From Minisyncoccia bacterium (lineage in GTDB: Bacteria; Patescibacteriota; Minisyncoccia; Phycocordibacterales; Zambryskibacteraceae): a stretch of DNA of 53,405 nucleotides. Shown piece after piece: positions 33,062-41,984 of the stretch (position 1 is its first letter; the number at the start of each line of letters is the position of its first letter). Location: NCBI GenBank assembly GCA_049304335.1, contig JBAQOA010000014.1, positions 1 to 53,405 on the forward strand, read 5' to 3'. The translations under genes were made by a program, and so were the position numbers. Below the pieces are notes generated by a model, which did no database searches, was not told the DNA's origin, and worked only from the letters and a program-made list of their open reading frames with translations.

Positions 33062-35785
33062 ATGGAAATAGTTCCGGGACAAGAAGGGATGCCAACTCCA
33101 AACGAGGAATTAACATATCTTCACGAGCAATTAAATCAAATAAAAAGAGATACTCCCCATGAAAATGAGGAGGGCATTTCAAAAAATATAATAAAAAATT
33201 ATGCTGCCTCGACTCCAAAAGAATTATTTGGTGCGCGGCACAACATAGATGAGACAGTGATTGCTGGCATTGCGCTGAAGTTAAAACCAGAGACGCACGA
33301 TGACAGAATGGAAGAGCTTTATAGAATTATTGAAAGTAAAGGCGTTTATTCGGCTTTGAAAATTGTTGAGAAGGTCAATGAACCACATTTAGAAGATGAT
33401 TTTCACAGATTTGTTTCCGAGCTCATTCGTGAAGGGCACGGTGTAAGGGGATTGAAAGAAAAGACGGATCTAGGACAGTCAGTTAGAAGGACTTTGTTTC
33501 AAATTGAAATTCCTAAAATAATTGCCGAGCAACACGGAGGAACAAAAGATTTATTTCAAAAAATGGAGGGCGTTTACACGGCCCTTCAAGGGGATGCAAA
33601 GGACAGAGAAACAGTAGTTTTAGAAATTGCTAACTCATCTGGCAATGAAGAGCTTGTATTTTATGCTGCAGTGCCAATTGCATGGGCAAATCGTTTTGAA
33701 AATTTGGTAAAGACGGCATACCCAGAGGCAAAGATTACAGAAGCACTAAATGACTTCAACATTTTCACCCCAAAAAGTTCGGTTTCAATTTCAACTGCAG
33801 AGTTAAGCCAATCAAGCGCACTGCCCATACAAACATATAGCGCTATCGAACACGACCCGATGAACTTGATACTTGGTTCATTTGGCAAATTAAGTAAAGA
33901 AAATGAGGGTGCGCTAGTACAAATAATCTATGGCGCAAATTCAGAATATTTTGCAAAGGAAGTTTTAGACAAGAAAAATGCCATAGAAAAAGGTGAAAAC
34001 CCAAAGGAAGTATTAAAGGATAGGGGAGTTGCGGCAACTGTGTTTAAGACAATTTTTGAGGCATTTAAAAGTTCAAAAGCACCAAAGCCAGAAGATATTG
34101 CAAGAAAAGAGGCGCAAGCGGGCAGTAAGTTTGCAGTCATTATAGATAAGTTAAATAAAAAAATAGCTAGACCAATTCTTCCAGTATGGATAAGGGTTGT
34201 AGCATCTGCGGGTAATGCCGGTAGAGCAGAAACTATTCGTGCCGACATTGAATCCACCTTCAAACAATTTTCAGAGCCACAAGGAAACAGTTTTGTATTT
34301 AAAAAAGTAAAATTACACGATTACAAAAGAGCAGTTAGGGCTATTTCTTTTCGACTTTCGTCATTTGGCACACCAATTTATTTGAATACAGAAGAATTGG
34401 CCACTATTTTTCATTTTGAATCGTCAAAACTTACAAGTTCTGGCTCATTAAAAATCGCAAAAAGCGTTTCAAGAAATGCCCCTGTTGATTTGCCCCAGAC
34501 AGGAATTCTCTTGGGCGTAAACGGAGAGGGTTCTCAACAAAGGAGTGTTTATTTAAGTGACGAAGATAGGTTGAGACATTTATATGTCATAGGACAAACA
34601 GGTACAGGTAAATCTACACTTTTAAAAAACATTGTTATTCAGGATATAGAAAAAGGGTACGGTGTTTGTTTTATGGATCCGCACGGCTCTGACATTGAAG
34701 AAATTTTATCTAGAATACCTGCTGATAGGCAAAAGGACGTCATTTATTTTGATCCAGCAAATCTAGACAGGCCAATGGCTTTAAATATGCTCGAGTACGA
34801 TGAAGCTTTTCCAGAGCAGAAAACATTTGTTGTCAACGAGCTTTTTGCGATTTTCCAAAAACTATATGGTGCTGTCCCTGAATCAATGGGTCCAATGTTC
34901 GAACAATATTTTAGAAATGCAACTCTACTTACGATAGAGGATCCCGAATCTGGCTCTACACTTCTTCATGTGGCCCGTGTTCTCTCCGATAGAGCATATA
35001 GAGAATTAAAGTTGTCGAAGTGTAAAAACCCAGTTGTTGTTTCTTTCTGGCAAAACATTGCGTCAAAAGCTGGTGGAGATGCGAGCTTGGCAAATATCGT
35101 ACCTTACATAACATCAAAGTTTGACGTTTTCCTTGCAAACGATTATATGCGCCCAATCATTGCTCAAGAAAAATCGTCCTTGAGGTTTAGAGAAATTTTG
35201 GATAACAAATCAATCCTTTTAGTAAATCTTTCGAAGGGGAGGCTGGGCGAAATCAACAGCAATCTTCTCGGTTTAATTATTGTTGGAAAAATTTTAATGG
35301 CCGCATTTTCTAGAGTAAATATCTCAGACAGCGAAAGGACAATGTTTAACTTGGTCATTGATGAATTCCAGAATGTTACAACGGACTCTATAGCAACTAT
35401 CTTTTCAGAAGCACGAAAGTACAAGCTGTCACTGACGGTTGCCCACCAATACATAGCTCAGTTATCAGAAAATATAAGCAAAGCAGTTTTTGGAAACGTA
35501 GGAACTCTGGCCACATTCAGAGTCGGTAGTGATGATGCGGAATATTTGGAAAAGCAATTTACTCCAGCATTTACAAAAACGGATTTGTCTAACTTGCCAA
35601 ATGGAGTTGCTGCTTTGAAACTTTTGGCCAACGGTAAACCACTTGATGCTTTCGATATAAAAACCTATGGATTTGAAAGAGGCACAGCCGATACGGACAA
35701 ACTCAAAAATGATTCAAGTGAGCGGTACGGCAGAAACAAAGAAGAGGTTGAAAAAATAATTAACGAGTCATTTTCAAACTTATAA
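33062..35785 (+). CDS. large soluble P-loop ATPase of the HerA/FtsK/VirD4-TraD superfamily with a ~480-aa N-terminal region of unknown function
   Basis: Walker A GQTGTGKST, FMDPHG, Walker B LVIDEFQN and VAHQYIAQL..GNVGTLATFRVG. No TM helix seen. Confidence 0.7.
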   Translation: MEIVPGQEGMPTPNEELTYLHEQLNQIKRDTPHENEEGISKNIIKNYAASTPKELFGARHNIDETVIAGIALKLKPETHDDRMEELYRIIESKGVYSALKIVEKVNEPHLEDDFHRFVSELIREGHGVRGLKEKTDLGQSVRRTLFQIEIPKIIAEQHGGTKDLFQKMEGVYTALQGDAKDRETVVLEIANSSGNEELVFYAAVPIAWANRFENLVKTAYPEAKITEALNDFNIFTPKSSVSISTAELSQSSALPIQTYSAIEHDPMNLILGSFGKLSKENEGALVQIIYGANSEYFAKEVLDKKNAIEKGENPKEVLKDRGVAATVFKTIFEAFKSSKAPKPEDIARKEAQAGSKFAVIIDKLNKKIARPILPVWIRVVASAGNAGRAETIRADIESTFKQFSEPQGNSFVFKKVKLHDYKRAVRAISFRLSSFGTPIYLNTEELATIFHFESSKLTSSGSLKIAKSVSRNAPVDLPQTGILLGVNGEGSQQRSVYLSDEDRLRHLYVIGQTGTGKSTLLKNIVIQDIEKGYGVCFMDPHGSDIEEILSRIPADRQKDVIYFDPANLDRPMALNMLEYDEAFPEQKTFVVNELFAIFQKLYGAVPESMGPMFEQYFRNATLLTIEDPESGSTLLHVARVLSDRAYRELKLSKCKNPVVVSFWQNIASKAGGDASLANIVPYITSKFDVFLANDYMRPIIAQEKSSLRFREILDNKSILLVNLSKGRLGEINSNLLGLIIVGKILMAAFSRVNISDSERTMFNLVIDEFQNVTTDSIATIFSEARKYKLSLTVAHQYIAQLSENISKAVFGNVGTLATFRVGSDDAEYLEKQFTPAFTKTDLSNLPNGVAALKLLANGKPLDAFDIKTYGFERGTADTDKLKNDSSERYGRNKEEVEKIINESFSNL

Positions 35786-35794
35786 TTTAGACAG

Positions 35795-36081
35795 AAAAAG
35801 AGGCGCCCCGCTGGAGCGCCCCTTTGTTTTTCAGTCGGCTTGCTGTCGATGCGACAGCTGATACAGACAAACTCGCGATGCGAGATGCCGCTCTGTGAAG
35901 CCCCGTCCCTCGCCGACCGAGGTGAATCGTCTTACACTGTGCCCCACACTTCCTTGATGAGAAGGGGGATCCAATGAGGTCCGACTCCGGAGCCAGATCT
36001 GAGCCGTTAGCCCGCCCAGTCTCCATAGCTCTTGTACAACCCAACAAGAACTACCGCTATGATCGTTCTTGTCAGTCTTGC
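35795..36081 (-). ncRNA. GC-rich ~285-nt structured RNA of unassigned family with its own promoter and terminator
   Basis: A consensus promoter lies upstream on the minus strand. There is no ORF with a usable start. Serial hairpins include CAAGAAC..GUUCUUG, CCUCG-GUCGG-CGAGG, CUCGC-AUC-GCGAG and GCUGUCG-CAU-CGACAGC. It ends at the hairpin plus U-run. Confidence 0.5.
35801..35829. terminator. bidirectional GC-rich hairpin terminator
   Basis: GGCGCC..GGaGCGCC stem flanked by an A-run (35795-35799) and TTTGTTTTT (35823-35831). Confidence 0.6.
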
Positions 36082-36087
36082 ATATGT

Positions 36088-36116
36088 ATAATAACAAACA
36101 ATATATTGTTTGTCAA
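36088..36116 (-). promoter_or_regulatory. promoter TTGACA-17-TATTAT driving the GC-rich RNA
   Basis: Minus strand: TTGACA (36116-36111), a 17-nt spacer and TATTAT (36093-36088). Confidence 0.65.
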
Positions 36117-36145
36117 GTCAAGGGTGTATATAAATAAAATACGGC

Positions 36146-36598
36146 CTAAAACAAAGACTCTACGATTGTCTTTACAACAGTGCTATCAGCATTGCCATTT
36201 AGCTCTTTTATGACCGCTCCCATAAGTTGTCCAGATTTAGCTTTATCAGTAATACCTAGTTCAGTTTTTTTAGCCTCAGCAACTTTCTTGATTTCTTCGG
36301 CTGATGCTTGAGCGGGGAGATAAGAAGAGATAATCTCTAATTCTTTTTTTTCCACATCTGCTAAATCCGCTCTGCCTCCTTTAGTGAATTGCTCTATTGA
36401 ATCTTTTCTTTGATTTGCTAAACGTTTCAATACAGTGAGAGCAATCTCATCGAGCACTGCTTCATTTGGTTTTTTTCCCTTAGCGACTAACTCATTAGTA
36501 AATCCGGCAATAAGACCACGCAATGTGAGTGTTTTTACAGAATCCTTTGCTTTCATGGCTTCCATTAGTTGGCCTTTTATTGTTTCCTCGATAGACAT
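36146..36598 (-). CDS. GatB/YqeY-domain protein
   Basis: 150 aa. LMEAMKAKDSVKTLTLRGLIA..YLP..S..EI pattern of the YqeY family. Confidence 0.75.
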   Translation of the reverse strand: MSIEETIKGQLMEAMKAKDSVKTLTLRGLIAGFTNELVAKGKKPNEAVLDEIALTVLKRLANQRKDSIEQFTKGGRADLADVEKKELEIISSYLPAQASAEEIKKVAEAKKTELGITDKAKSGQLMGAVIKELNGNADSTVVKTIVESLF

Positions 36599-36617
36599 AG
36601 GGCCATTTTAGCATATT

Positions 36618-36626
36618 TGGTATAAT
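36618..36626 (+). promoter_or_regulatory. extended -10 box TGGTATAAT, 6 nt before GTG 36633
   Basis: TATAAT at 36621-36626 with TG at 36618-36619. Confidence 0.55.
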
Positions 36627-36632
36627 GTTTTT

Positions 36633-37691
36633 GTGAATACATTCCTCATAATAGTTGTGGCTTTGGTGCTAATTATTCAAATTGCTCTTTTTTTACGAGT
36701 ATCTAAAAGTAAGGAAAAGGTACCAAATGATGGACTTCTTTTACTTCAAAACCAACTTTCAAACCTAACACAGTCAATTGATGACAGACTTTCAGATTCT
36801 GCAGATGCGCTGACCAAGACAGTAGAGAGACAAACAGATCAATCGCTAAAAATAATTCGTGATGTTACAGAACGCCTTACAAAAATAGATGAAACAAGTA
36901 AGCAGTTCACTACATTTGCAGGACAGCTTCAGGATCTTCAAGATGTTTTAAAAAACCCAAAACAAAGAGGAATATTGGGCGAATACTATTTAGAAACACT
37001 TTTAAAAAATGTTTTACCGCCAGATGGATATCAAATGCAGTATGAGTTTAAGGATGGCTCAATTGTTGATGCCGTTGTCTTTGTAAAAGAAAGAATTATT
37101 CCTGTAGATTCAAAGTTTTCATTAGATAACTATCGCCGTCTTGCAGAGGAAAAAGATTCTAATAGAAAAATCGAACTAGAAAAAGCATTTGTTAGTGACT
37201 TAAAACTCCGCATTTCTGAAACTGCAAAATATATAAAACCAGAAGAGGGGACTATGGATTTTGCATTTATGTTTATTCCTCACGAGGCTATTTATTATGA
37301 TTTATTAATAAATAAAGTTGGTGAAATTACTGGTGAGACAGAAAACCTCATTGAAAGAGCCGCACGTAAGTACCATGTCATTATTGTTTCTCCCACATCA
37401 TTTCTTGCCTATCTGCAGACAGTTTTGCAGGGCTTGCGTTCACTTCAAGTTGAGGAAAAGGCAAAAGAAATTATTAAAAATGTTGATGATTTGCGCAAAC
37501 ACTTGGGTGCATATGCTGAATATCATTCAAAGCTTGGAAATGCACTTGGTACGGTGGTAAATCACTATGGGAAATCCTCAAATGAGTTCAAAAAGATAGA
37601 TAAAGATGTCCTAAGGCTTACCGAAGAAAGGATAGGAATAGACCTTCCGGAGGTAGATAAGCCCGAACTTGATAGTCAGAGGGTCGCTTAG
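36633..37691 (+). CDS. rmuC: DNA recombination protein RmuC
   Basis: N-terminal TM helix and coiled coil, RGILGEYYLETLL and a C-terminal nuclease-like region VIIVSPTSFLAYL. Confidence 0.8.
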   Translation: MNTFLIIVVALVLIIQIALFLRVSKSKEKVPNDGLLLLQNQLSNLTQSIDDRLSDSADALTKTVERQTDQSLKIIRDVTERLTKIDETSKQFTTFAGQLQDLQDVLKNPKQRGILGEYYLETLLKNVLPPDGYQMQYEFKDGSIVDAVVFVKERIIPVDSKFSLDNYRRLAEEKDSNRKIELEKAFVSDLKLRISETAKYIKPEEGTMDFAFMFIPHEAIYYDLLINKVGEITGETENLIERAARKYHVIIVSPTSFLAYLQTVLQGLRSLQVEEKAKEIIKNVDDLRKHLGAYAEYHSKLGNALGTVVNHYGKSSNEFKKIDKDVLRLTEERIGIDLPEVDKPELDSQRVA

Positions 37692-37784
37692 AGTATGCCT
37701 TGAAAAGAGCACGAAAATTTTCTGCTGAAAATTTTCTCTGTTCGTTGCCGTCGCTCCTGCCAAGGCTTTTTCAAGGCATACTCT
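37690..37784. repeat. 95-nt inverted-repeat structure overlapping the rmuC stop
   Basis: AGAGTATGCCTTGAAAAG (37690-37707) pairs with CTTTTTCAAGGCATACTCT (37766-37784). The interior contains GAAAATTTTC twice. Confidence 0.6.
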
Positions 37785-37821
37785 TCGCTTTGAATGACTT
37801 GGGAAAGTTTCTAAGACCCCC

Positions 37822-37849
37822 TTGCAAGGCCTCAAAAAGCCTGTAGAAT
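37822..37849 (+). promoter_or_regulatory. promoter TTGCAA-16-TAGAAT for rplU
   Basis: TTGCAA at 37822-37827 and TAGAAT at 37844-37849, with ATG 9 nt downstream. Confidence 0.6.
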
Positions 37850-37858
37850 GACCAAACT

Positions 37859-38227
37859 ATGACAGAAGTAAAGGTAGCTAAAAAGAGCGCAAAAAAGAGC
37901 CCAAAGAAAGCCTCCGAGGGCGCTTTTGCAGTAATTGAAACTGGCGGAAAGCAATACATTGTTCGCAAGGGTGATGTATTAAAAATTGAAAAACTTGAGG
38001 GCGAGTCAGGAGAAAAAGTATCTTTTGATAAAGTCCTTCTCCATTCAGAAGGTGATAAGACAACAATTGGGACACCGTATATAGCAGGTAAAAAAGTTGA
38101 GGGTGAATTGATAGCTCAAGGCAGAGCAAAGAAAATTCTAGTTGTTAAATTTAAACAAAAGTCACGCTATATGAAGAGAAATGGCCATCGTCAACCATTT
38201 ACAGAGATAGAAATTAAATCAATCTAG
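37859..38227 (+). CDS. rplU: 50S ribosomal protein L21 with a Lys-rich N-terminal extension
   Basis: FAVIETGGKQYIVRKGDVLKIEKL core, preceded by MTEVKVAKKSAKKSPKKASEG. Confidence 0.9.
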   Translation: MTEVKVAKKSAKKSPKKASEGAFAVIETGGKQYIVRKGDVLKIEKLEGESGEKVSFDKVLLHSEGDKTTIGTPYIAGKKVEGELIAQGRAKKILVVKFKQKSRYMKRNGHRQPFTEIEIKSI

Positions 38228-38231
38228 GCAT

Positions 38232-38267
38232 AATCAAAAGAACTCCCATCAGGGAGTTCTTTTGATT
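38232..38267. terminator. bidirectional 16-bp hairpin terminator
   Basis: AATCAAAAGAACTCCC atca GGGAGTTCTTTTGATT, lying between convergent genes. Confidence 0.75.
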
Positions 38268-38580
38268 ATGCTGCTATTCCGTCTGTTGAATCTAGTTTTT
38301 TTGAAACAAGTAGCTTGGCTTGTGAGCCCATAGGTGAGAATGCATCGATTCTCTGTAAATCATCATTCGTTTCTGCGAGTTCGGCTGCAGAAAGTGCCAG
38401 ACTCTCCCAATCATGTTTTATTTTATCTCGCTCTATGTCATTTTCAGCTAAAATAAATTTTTGCTGGAATACCATCAATGATTCAATCATTTTAGGCACA
38501 TCCAATACATGCATGTCAGTTAGCGTAAATCTGTCTAAGTCGCTATCATCGAAAATGTGTGTTTTGTGTGATTCACTCAT
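38266..38580 (-). CDS. hypothetical acidic 104-aa protein translationally coupled to recR
   Basis: Its ATG overlaps the recR stop (ATGA). No motif recognised. Confidence 0.5.
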   Translation of the reverse strand: MSESHKTHIFDDSDLDRFTLTDMHVLDVPKMIESLMVFQQKFILAENDIERDKIKHDWESLALSAAELAETNDDLQRIDAFSPMGSQAKLLVSKKLDSTDGIAA

Positions 38581-39194
38581 ATTACCTTTCTACTAATTAT
38601 AGCGTTTTTTAGAGTTTCTGGGTCAGCATATTCAAGTTCAGTTCCAGTAGATAACCCGCGACCAAGGGAGGTAATTTTTAGGTTTGGAAAACCTTTCTTC
38701 AGCTCGCCAGTTAGCCATTCAATGGTGTAGTCGCCGTCTGGCGTCAAATCTGAAGCCAGTATAACTTCTTTTAATTCTTCTCCCATTTTTTTAATACGAT
38801 TACAAAGCTCGTTATATCGCAAGTGTTTTTTGGGATCTTCGTCCAATACGGATAATGTATTTCCAATTAAAAAATACATACCTTTATATGCGCCAGAACT
38901 TTCTATGTGTAGAAAGTCGCTATCTCTTGGCACTACTAAAAGGGTTGATTTATCTCTCGAAGTTTCTGCGCAAGTTTTGCAAATTATTTTCTCAGCTCCA
39001 CGGCCAAGAGGGAAAATACGGAAACATTCATGACATGTCGCGATGCCAGCCTTTAGGCTCTGAATATGCTCCGAAAGGCGAGCTAGGTATTGTGGTGATT
39101 GATGAGCAAGAAAATATGCAAAACGCTTGGCCTGCTTTGGGCCAATTCCAGGAAACATTCGAAGCATTTCTTCTAAATCTTCAAAAGGGGACAT
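38577..39194 (-). CDS. recR: recombination protein RecR
   Basis: HhH N-terminus (FPGIGPKQAKRFAYFL), Cys4 zinc finger (CHECFRI..CKTC) and a Toprim region. Confidence 0.85.
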   Translation of the reverse strand: MSPFEDLEEMLRMFPGIGPKQAKRFAYFLAHQSPQYLARLSEHIQSLKAGIATCHECFRIFPLGRGAEKIICKTCAETSRDKSTLLVVPRDSDFLHIESSGAYKGMYFLIGNTLSVLDEDPKKHLRYNELCNRIKKMGEELKEVILASDLTPDGDYTIEWLTGELKKGFPNLKITSLGRGLSTGTELEYADPETLKNAIISRKVI

Positions 39195-39208
39195 GTGTGT
39201 ATTTTAAC

Positions 39209-40591
39209 CTATGCTTTATCAAATTCTTCTTCTGCACCACCATAACTGCTTCTGTCAATTTCGTTGAAGCTAGTTTTTTGGTTATCAAATTGCATTACTA
39301 CAGAGCCCACAGGGCCGTTTCTGTGTTTTGCAATGATAATTTTCTTTTCAGACATTTGTGGTCTATGTCCTGCCTCATCTCTTTTATCGTCGCCGTGAAT
39401 AAACATCACCACGTCGGCATCTTGCTCAATAGAACCAGAGTCACGAAGGTCGGAAAGTCGTGGTTCACCGCCTCTTTTTTCCACATCACGAGATAACTGT
39501 GAAAGTGCAAGAATCGGTATATTCAATTCACGAGCAAGATGTTTTAAGGAGCGTGATATTTCTGTTACTTGTTGCACTAGTGAGTCTGATGCACGTGAGT
39601 TAGAAGGCGACATAAGCTGAAGGTAGTCCACTATCAAAAGTTTTAATCCTTTTTCCATTTTCAATTTTCTGGCAGCCGAGCGCATTCGCATAATTGTGTT
39701 TCCGGGTTGATCATCTATGTATATTGGAGCGCGAGACAAGTCGTCCAAGGCATTTCTTAGTGCAACAAATTGATCACCCTTAATTTTTCCTCTGCGAAGC
39801 ATCCACGAATCAAGTTTTGATTGAGCTGCCATAACGCGGTCAACAAGTTGGTGCGAGCTCATCTCGAGAGAGAAAATTCCAACTGGAGTGCCGTGCTCAA
39901 TTGCAGTACGTCTTGCTATGTCCAATGCAAGAGCAGTTTTACCGACAGATGGTCTAGCAGCCAAAATAATTAAATCAGAGGGTTGGAAGCCAGCCAAAAG
40001 GTTATCTAGTCCTGCAAATCCAGTTGAAACTCCGCGAATTTCGTGTGGTGCATTTGAAAGTGCTTCCAAACGTTCATAGGCTTCATGTAATAGAGGCTTC
40101 AAATCCTTAAAGTTTTGGTTTAAGGAATATTTTTGAGTTACATCGAAAACTCTTTTCTCTGCTTCATCCAGCAATTGTTCAAGTTCTGCTGATTCGTCAA
40201 AACCTAGTCGTGTTACATGGTCGGCCGCTTCAATGAGCATTCTCATCAAATATTTTTTTTGAACAATTTCAGCATAATGTCTTGCATTGGCCGCCGTTGG
40301 CATACCCTGAACAATTTCACCTAAATACTGTCTGCCTCCTATAGATTCCAAATAACCTCTGTCCTCAAGTTTTCCTGAAACAGCAATCAAGTCGATTGGT
40401 TCGCGCTTGTTCATTAAATCAAGCATCACTTCAAAAATGCGAGCGTGTTTATCGGCGTAAAAAGAAACAGGTGTTATCAAATCAAATACTTCATAAATAA
40501 CTTCAGGTCGTAAAAAAATTGAACCAAGTACTGCTTTTTCAGCATCCAGCGATTGAGGTGGAACTCTTACAAAGTTATGGGAATCGGCCAT
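39209..40591 (-). CDS. dnaB: replicative DNA helicase DnaB
   Basis: PPQSLDAEKAVLGS, Walker A ARPSVGKTALAL, LIVDYLQLM and RDSGSIEQDADVV. Confidence 0.9.
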   Translation of the reverse strand: MADSHNFVRVPPQSLDAEKAVLGSIFLRPEVIYEVFDLITPVSFYADKHARIFEVMLDLMNKREPIDLIAVSGKLEDRGYLESIGGRQYLGEIVQGMPTAANARHYAEIVQKKYLMRMLIEAADHVTRLGFDESAELEQLLDEAEKRVFDVTQKYSLNQNFKDLKPLLHEAYERLEALSNAPHEIRGVSTGFAGLDNLLAGFQPSDLIILAARPSVGKTALALDIARRTAIEHGTPVGIFSLEMSSHQLVDRVMAAQSKLDSWMLRRGKIKGDQFVALRNALDDLSRAPIYIDDQPGNTIMRMRSAARKLKMEKGLKLLIVDYLQLMSPSNSRASDSLVQQVTEISRSLKHLARELNIPILALSQLSRDVEKRGGEPRLSDLRDSGSIEQDADVVMFIHGDDKRDEAGHRPQMSEKKIIIAKHRNGPVGSVVMQFDNQKTSFNEIDRSSYGGAEEEFDKA

Positions 40592-40640
40592 ACGCTTACT
40601 ATATGTAGTAGTACAAGCGAATGAAAGGTCAAATCTGTGA

Positions 40641-41984
40641 CTATATTGTGGAGAGGTTCTTTAGAACACGAGTACCGGTAGGGGTGTCAAATAATGCATA
40701 TCCCATAGAGACGATTTCGTCTCTCAAAGTATCACTTTTCTGATATTCCTTTTCATTTCTGGCCACATCACGCTCTTCAATTTTCTGTTTTATGGCAATA
40801 GGTATATCTTTGACTTTTTCTGCAAGTGTACTAATTGGTAATCCCAAAACCTTTTCCACGAATTCAATATCCAAACCATTAGTACTAATTTCCGCAATTG
40901 CTTGTGGGGTATTTAAATCATCCGCCAAAAAACTAATTAGTTTTTGGTTTTCTTTAGTCTCTCCAAAAAGTGCAAAATTATGAATTATTTTTTCAAGTGC
41001 TTGTTCGGCTCCTCGTAGTGCATCCAGCGTAAAATCAATTGGAGTTTTGTAGTGTGCAGTTAAAAATAAATATCGAAGAGCCAATGGGTGATAGCCTTTT
41101 TCTAAAACATCTTTTAACCTCACAATATTTCCTTTTGATTTGGCCATTTTGCCACCTTCAAAATCTACAAATGCGGAATGCATAAAAAAGTTTGCAAACT
41201 TCTTTCCAGTTGCACCTTCAGACTGTGCAATCTCGTTGTTGTGATGAATTGGCGCTAAATCAATGCCTCCGGTATGAATATCCAGTGTTTCTGTTTGTAA
41301 TGTACGCATAGACATCGCAGAACATTCAATGTGCCACCCTGGAAAACCTTTCCCATATGGCGATTCAAAACCATATTCAGAATTTTTCTTCCATAAAGAA
41401 AAATCTCTAGAGTTTTTTTTATTTGGGTGGGGGACTGCCTTTAATTCTTCTGGTCTTGGTAATCCTGGGAGCGCCCCGTAATTGGGAAAATTTTCTGTAT
41501 CAAAATAAATTCCGTCAGCCGTTTCATACGCTAAACCTTTTGCTAAAAGTTTTTGAATTAAATTTAAATCTTCGCTTATATAAACGGAGTCGGAGGCACG
41601 AGGCATATGCTGAGGTTTTAAGATATTTAGGGCCTGCAAATCGCTTTCAAAGGCTTCCATATATTTTGTTCCAAGTGTGTGCATTGCTTCCATCGTGAAT
41701 GGTAGGTTTTCGCGATTAAGGCCTTTTGACATCTTGTCTTCACCTTCATCAACATCCCCAGAAAGGTGGCCAACATCCGTAATATTAATCGTTTGCTCTA
41801 CCTTAAAGCCTACATATTCAAGTGCCCGTCTTAATGTGTCTGCAAATATAAAAGATCTTAAATTACCCACGTGCACATAGTCATAAACGGTTGGACCACA
41901 ATGATAAAGGGTGACTCTTTCAGGATTAAGAGGTTTAAAAACTTCTTTTTTACCAGATAGCGAATTATGAAAATTTAAATCCAT
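40641..41984 (-). CDS. cysS: cysteinyl-tRNA synthetase
   Basis: HIGH-type HVGNLRS and KMSKS-type KMAKSKGN. CGPTVYDYVH. Confidence 0.9.
   Translation of the reverse strand: MDLNFHNSLSGKKEVFKPLNPERVTLYHCGPTVYDYVHVGNLRSFIFADTLRRALEYVGFKVEQTINITDVGHLSGDVDEGEDKMSKGLNRENLPFTMEAMHTLGTKYMEAFESDLQALNILKPQHMPRASDSVYISEDLNLIQKLLAKGLAYETADGIYFDTENFPNYGALPGLPRPEELKAVPHPNKKNSRDFSLWKKNSEYGFESPYGKGFPGWHIECSAMSMRTLQTETLDIHTGGIDLAPIHHNNEIAQSEGATGKKFANFFMHSAFVDFEGGKMAKSKGNIVRLKDVLEKGYHPLALRYLFLTAHYKTPIDFTLDALRGAEQALEKIIHNFALFGETKENQKLISFLADDLNTPQAIAEISTNGLDIEFVEKVLGLPISTLAEKVKDIPIAIKQKIEERDVARNEKEYQKSDTLRDEIVSMGYALFDTPTGTRVLKNLSTI

Noticed and set aside
35831-36097. 88-aa and 86-aa minus-strand ORFs, and a 42-aa plus-strand ORF, in the second GC-rich noncoding region.
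   Set aside because: There is no ATG or GTG start downstream of the strong promoter. The only nearby ATG opens a 3-codon ORF. There is no SD sequence, and the translations look non-protein-like. The serial perfect hairpins favour an RNA gene.
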